DNA from: Trypanosoma brucei
Lineage: Eukaryota
Assembly: GCA_000002445.1 (NCBI GenBank)
Contig: CM000208.1
Span: 1,216,001 to 1,280,000, forward strand
DNA length: 64,000 nt
Direction of reading: 5' to 3'
The notes beneath the pieces were generated by a model. The model made no database searches. It was not told the DNA's origin and saw only the letters and a program-made list of their open reading frames with translations. Both the position numbers and the translations under genes were made by a program. Every line of letters begins with the position of its first letter. Position 1 is the stretch's first letter. This document shows positions 61,301 to 64,000 of this stretch, one piece after another.

Positions 61301-61636
61301 CATGGCCTTTCCACCAGTCGTCCGGAGGGAATGGTTGCTATCCTAGATTGTATGATTGGTTGCATTGAGAAAAACCGTATAAGCCTCGAAAAATCTATAA
61401 AGAGACGACAGAAAAAACAGGACAAGGCATCGAAACAACTCAGTCTCTATTTGTGCTCCCGTTCATCACCAACTGGGGGCCACTCCGCCCGTGGCTCGCC
61501 TGGAACTGCGTCCGCCAGAGGAAAGGCTCATGCATCAAGAGGGAATTGCAACAAAGCTAATGATGAGATCCAAGAGGGAGTTATCTCACCACCTTCGGGA
61601 CGAGGAGGGAAACGATCTCCATTCAAGCGGCGCTGA
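58355..61636 (+). CDS. Large hypothetical protein (about 1093 aa) with N-terminal ubiquitin-like domain and a Rad23 XPC-binding/STI1-like helical motif
   Basis: The track start is TTG (58340); the first ATG is at 58355 (MPTADSTSSVFLKTPAGRKYILEPPITIGQLL...). VFLKTPAGRKYILE aligns with ubiquitin IFVKTLTGKTITLE. A later segment, LYEFMKQFIFLQGRRGLRQMLYIARNQYGDFPRS...DLFRWIEANSEVFLAIINGP, resembles the Rad23 XPC-binding domain (..FIQMLNEP). The remaining roughly 800 aa has no recognised family. Confidence 0.55.
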   Translation: MPTADSTSSVFLKTPAGRKYILEPPITIGQLLDVAANQLLLEVSNAKFFLNGSLLYAAGKDDTGANANVLQEEIIIPGGRSIIVVAKPLQCVAKWAAAEAMRKKVDIKNSREPPDQSSPKRSCASPLSPSENASPQSGGADELANGPSLYEFMKQFIFLQGRRGLRQMLYIARNQYGDFPRSLQDHQTMVSIVEYVDRDPTRLRDVLRTILEEEPDLFRWIEANSEVFLAIINGPVHRQEAASPVWLIRNMTEAYHRQNSKCGLPRRFGQPENPQPFHGSESPQQNGEVPALRLVAATRPRNLETTHNAAAKSSCQSDILVDAKYRNAAAENTLGADEEGRQLVDESIEAVQTTCNAWEVAKDRWMVPAEGNTNVQVVNHLMCSRLREAQESLLQSMEGYMVSQPPLSMLQKVCELGQQLWQDGEQWLIKQNDVLGAFQHALACLLFETGRDLLTDFIDANSKSPRGSLRKKIPAREGVEYHPLLDPSVSWITPNGPESLANKLRDYTVREEVTVVVYTKLSPNHANAYVIHTGRVYVEPLIVDDTARYELEDLEVLYSLISSREFLLQDPGMRKVTESNWNDLMVKLYKRFISPIGMLLPQPAHDVSSPLCEVKQVCFIHTWSSRHIPIPFHALLNPVDSKPCVLRWAPFVAERPWHLLVSEGIPWSTPVPQSPVITRLTAPIAFRREPREPDSCLVSKTNMVTYVNVNGTHCSSFGEKELNQPLGVLNNGPVADEGGMWQDVPWKTWLTDALGDVRAGIPTHASMFGRDERHFKNTALLIHEVTRGSGDDANCEANGADGSAEVIRAKTHSVMMDRRVPYNQGSDLFVSHVCGRESGVGIHRCALLPAFKVSEYEPIEVYNAFFRLLVETENATTAQAYRMALLESWSSNFKEEPWRYTSVMLFNYGGPMKTLEHLCGEGSEPLSVVSEETIINNVSEQAEVPRTHTVGKRTKRLSAHRDTTNGRYVEGRAIDVIYDVVLHGLSTSRPEGMVAILDCMIGCIEKNRISLEKSIKRRQKKQDKASKQLSLYLCSRSSPTGGHSARGSPGTASARGKAHASRGNCNKANDEIQEGVISPPSGRGGKRSPFKRR

Positions 61637-62532
61637 AAACAACAACAACAACTGCAACAGCAACAAATTTTCAACCGGTTTCTCTGTACGACGCAAAAGA
61701 AAACAAAAAAATATTCCAACGGATATACCGCGCACCCGCGCTTGAATGGGGAATATATTATTCACCTCTTCAGCCAAATTCACCCCCGTTTTGTATATGG
61801 TTGTGTTGTAACGTCGTTGCTTTGTTTTTTTCCTTTGTAGATCCACTTAGCGGGTCTATCCGATACGCAGCACGTTTTTCGTTTTCCCTTCTTTTACTAT
61901 TATATCACCGAGTTCATATATATATATATACATGTATATTCTTTTGTTTTCCGGGACCCCCTGTCATTAGGCCCATTCTGCCCTTGCATTTGTATTTTTC
62001 AAACCGTTCACTCTCATGTTCGGTGAGGGAATATTTCAATGGTGGGTACCGAAAGAGCCAAAAGAAAAAAAAAGAGGAAGAGGGGGACGATCCTCCCCTT
62101 CCCTGCCGCAGGCGGGGTATTCTTCTCAATTGTGATATATCTTCACTTTTGCTCTTTGATCTGCCATTCTTTTGCGTGTACACATTTACGCGTCTCACTA
62201 TCCCGTTGTATAGTTAAGCAAGCGGAAAGGGATAGTGAATTACGCAGGGGCTTTTGTGTTGTGTATTCTTTTCTTGGCCCCTCCTCATCCAGTAGTGAAG
62301 GTTTTTGTTTGTTTGTTTTTAATGTTCTCCACGGTATGTGGATCCCCGTAGCGGATGTTGCGACTTGTTTTCCTTCTACTTCCTCCCTTATTCTTCCCCT
62401 TCCCCCACGCCCCTGTGTTTCCTTATAAATATATGTACATTGTTCTCATAAAGTTATTTTTTGTCCTCTAAAATAAGGGTGTACTATTTTTAATTAGAAC
62501 TGTTATCGAATTTGCCCCTCCCTTATTGGAGA

Positions 62533-64000
62533 ATGAGTGTAAGGCACCTGTTTGGAGCCTTGCAATGGGTTACGACAGGGTCAGTTGCTGGACGCCCTCG
62601 GGATATAGAGGAGCGCGTTGAGCTGAACGGCCTCTCAGTTGGACCAAAGGACTGTGGGCGTGTTGTGGGTGTCGTCAATCCGCATCAAATAACAGAGGAA
62701 CCGTGCGATAGTTTAGAGGGTCGAAGTGAGGGCGAACACGACCACCAAATATTGATGGACAGCACGCGTGAAAACTGCGTAAATGGGAATGATAACGTGC
62801 CGGTGCATTGTGGAGAGAAGCAATCAACGTATAAGCGTGGTGGGGGTTTCAACAATGAACAAGTGTTGCTTCAGTGGAAGCTGCGCCAGTTCGATCAGCT
62901 GAGCGCTAAAATCGAGGCAAACATGGCCCGGTATCGTCAATCAGGTGACCGACGGCGCTTGAACGAGATGGAAAAAGAACTCCAGGTTATACGAATTCTT
63001 AGGGGTAGTGCGGTGCGCTGCCTAAAAGATGTAGATAATGCAAACAGCCAAACAAGCGAAAGTGGCGCGCAAAGTCCGGGAGGCGTGTCGCCGTCACCAG
63101 TGCTAAGTGCTAGTCCCTCCGAAAGTGCTTCCCATCCAGCTGATAGTGTCTCCGATAATTGTGTATTTGACACGCGTGCGCCAGTTGAGAATGGGCTGTT
63201 CCAAACTCCATTGGCGGCTCCGTCAGGCTTGCCAAGTGGCGCGACTGCCACGGACGCTGTTTTAAATGAGGCAACACCAGTTCCCTCAACGGGCGTTTCC
63301 GCTCCACCAGTGCCCCTGGCGCCACAATCCCGAGAATCGTGTAAGGCCGACTCCGACGATGCCGTTCATGCACAAGATGCGCTGCAGCAACCAAAGTCGT
63401 ATGATACCCGGTGCCCTCGTCGCCCCGAGCACCCGGCCGCAACCGCTGTGAATAATTCCATTAGGAAGCAAGGGATCCATCCCGCGGGGTCACATTCTGC
63501 AACTCCTGTAAACCGTTTTAGCAGTGCAGGTGGTAATTCCGAGGGTTGCGGGCCCACAACGAGGGAGGGGTCACCAACAGTTCAGTCTTTCATGCATCCG
63601 CGCGGAAGTGTGGGTCAGGCACCGACAGCAGCAGCAGTGCAAAATAAAAAGCCTAAAGAATGGCATGGAGATTATTTTGAGCCGTGTGACATAGGCGGGG
63701 GTGAGTCTACTTTACGTGATAAAGCGAGACGCGCTTCAGCAATAGCCACACCGACTAGTGAAGTTATTGATTCAGCAGCGTACCGCGGCTCCAGTGGAAC
63801 ACAATCTTCAGTTTCAGCGGTTGTTCACGAAATGTTTAATCGGTTAAAAAACCGTGGTTCACACTTACATGGGAAAGTTGCACCACCAGCAGCTCCTATA
63901 GTTCCTCGAAGCGAGGCAGCAGCAGAGGTGTCGGACGGCTTGTCCTCTGCAGCCCAAGCTGTATCGGTTCTTCGAAAACGTGGCAATGACCTTGTGAAGA
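62533..64000 (+). CDS. Hypothetical protein, 5' part (Ser/Pro/Ala-rich low complexity); CDS continues beyond right window edge
   Basis: A stop codon lies at 62491-62493. The first in-frame ATG is at 62533 (MSVRHLFGALQWVTTGSVAGRPRDIEERVELNG...), and the frame stays open through position 64000 (checked codon by codon). It is not in the ORF track because it is truncated. No family was recognised; one coiled-coil-like stretch reads QWKLRQFDQLSAKIEANMARYRQSGDRRRLNEMEKELQVIRIL. Confidence 0.45.
   Translation, partial: MSVRHLFGALQWVTTGSVAGRPRDIEERVELNGLSVGPKDCGRVVGVVNPHQITEEPCDSLEGRSEGEHDHQILMDSTRENCVNGNDNVPVHCGEKQSTYKRGGGFNNEQVLLQWKLRQFDQLSAKIEANMARYRQSGDRRRLNEMEKELQVIRILRGSAVRCLKDVDNANSQTSESGAQSPGGVSPSPVLSASPSESASHPADSVSDNCVFDTRAPVENGLFQTPLAAPSGLPSGATATDAVLNEATPVPSTGVSAPPVPLAPQSRESCKADSDDAVHAQDALQQPKSYDTRCPRRPEHPAATAVNNSIRKQGIHPAGSHSATPVNRFSSAGGNSEGCGPTTREGSPTVQSFMHPRGSVGQAPTAAAVQNKKPKEWHGDYFEPCDIGGGESTLRDKARRASAIATPTSEVIDSAAYRGSSGTQSSVSAVVHEMFNRLKNRGSHLHGKVAPPAAPIVPRSEAAAEVSDGLSSAAQAVSVLRKRGNDLVK

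Overview
This window is eukaryotic nuclear DNA with kinetoplastid (Trypanosoma-type) architecture. Dense, intron-less ORFs sit in two head-to-head polycistronic arrays. One array runs on the minus strand from about 13.9 kb leftward: Sm-like protein, NDR kinase, PP2C, a GAF-like hypothetical, a long mitochondrial carrier, a TPR-DnaJ protein, a C2HC zinc-finger protein, a COX5b-like protein, and a Dus2-like tRNA-dihydrouridine synthase that runs off the left edge. The other array runs on the plus strand from about 19.6 kb rightward: a ubiquilin-like protein, CRK3 cdc2-related kinase, mitochondrial EF-G, an eIF4E-like protein, the ubiquitin-like/ribosomal eS31 fusion, an auxilin-like J protein, ATP synthase epsilon, RNase H2A, a PIG-U-like membrane protein, two adjacent editosome-type OB-fold proteins, an LRR protein, an ERK8/MAPK15-type MAP kinase, a triple-CCCH zinc-finger protein, a large UBL-containing protein, and a partial low-complexity ORF at the right edge. 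The two arrays are separated by a gene-free divergent strand-switch region of about 5.6 kb (13.98-19.57 kb) whose GT/CA skew switches direction; this is the expected signature of a bidirectional RNA pol II transcription start region. Coding genes are preceded by polypyrimidine tracts plus AG, consistent with SL trans-splicing. Several ORF-track starts are GTG/TTG/CTG artefacts and were trimmed to the first ATG. The right third of the window (about 38-58 kb) is unusual. It has very long gene-free, microsatellite-rich, T-rich or purine-rich tracts, including a 7.4 kb ORF-free stretch downstream of the CCCH gene. That stretch contains a roughly 40-bp perfect inverted repeat next to a strong G-quadruplex motif. 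From memory, the gene order (PK50 - Sm - SSR - CRK3 - mtEF-G - EIF4E-like - eS31 - ATP-eps - RNase H2A - KREPA4/KREPA6-like - ERK8 - ZC3H) matches a Trypanosoma brucei chromosome 10 neighbourhood; this is a recollection and not a database result. No prokaryotic-type systems (CRISPR, defence islands, operons) are present. Product assignments rest on motif recognition in the translated ORFs and need homology searches to confirm.
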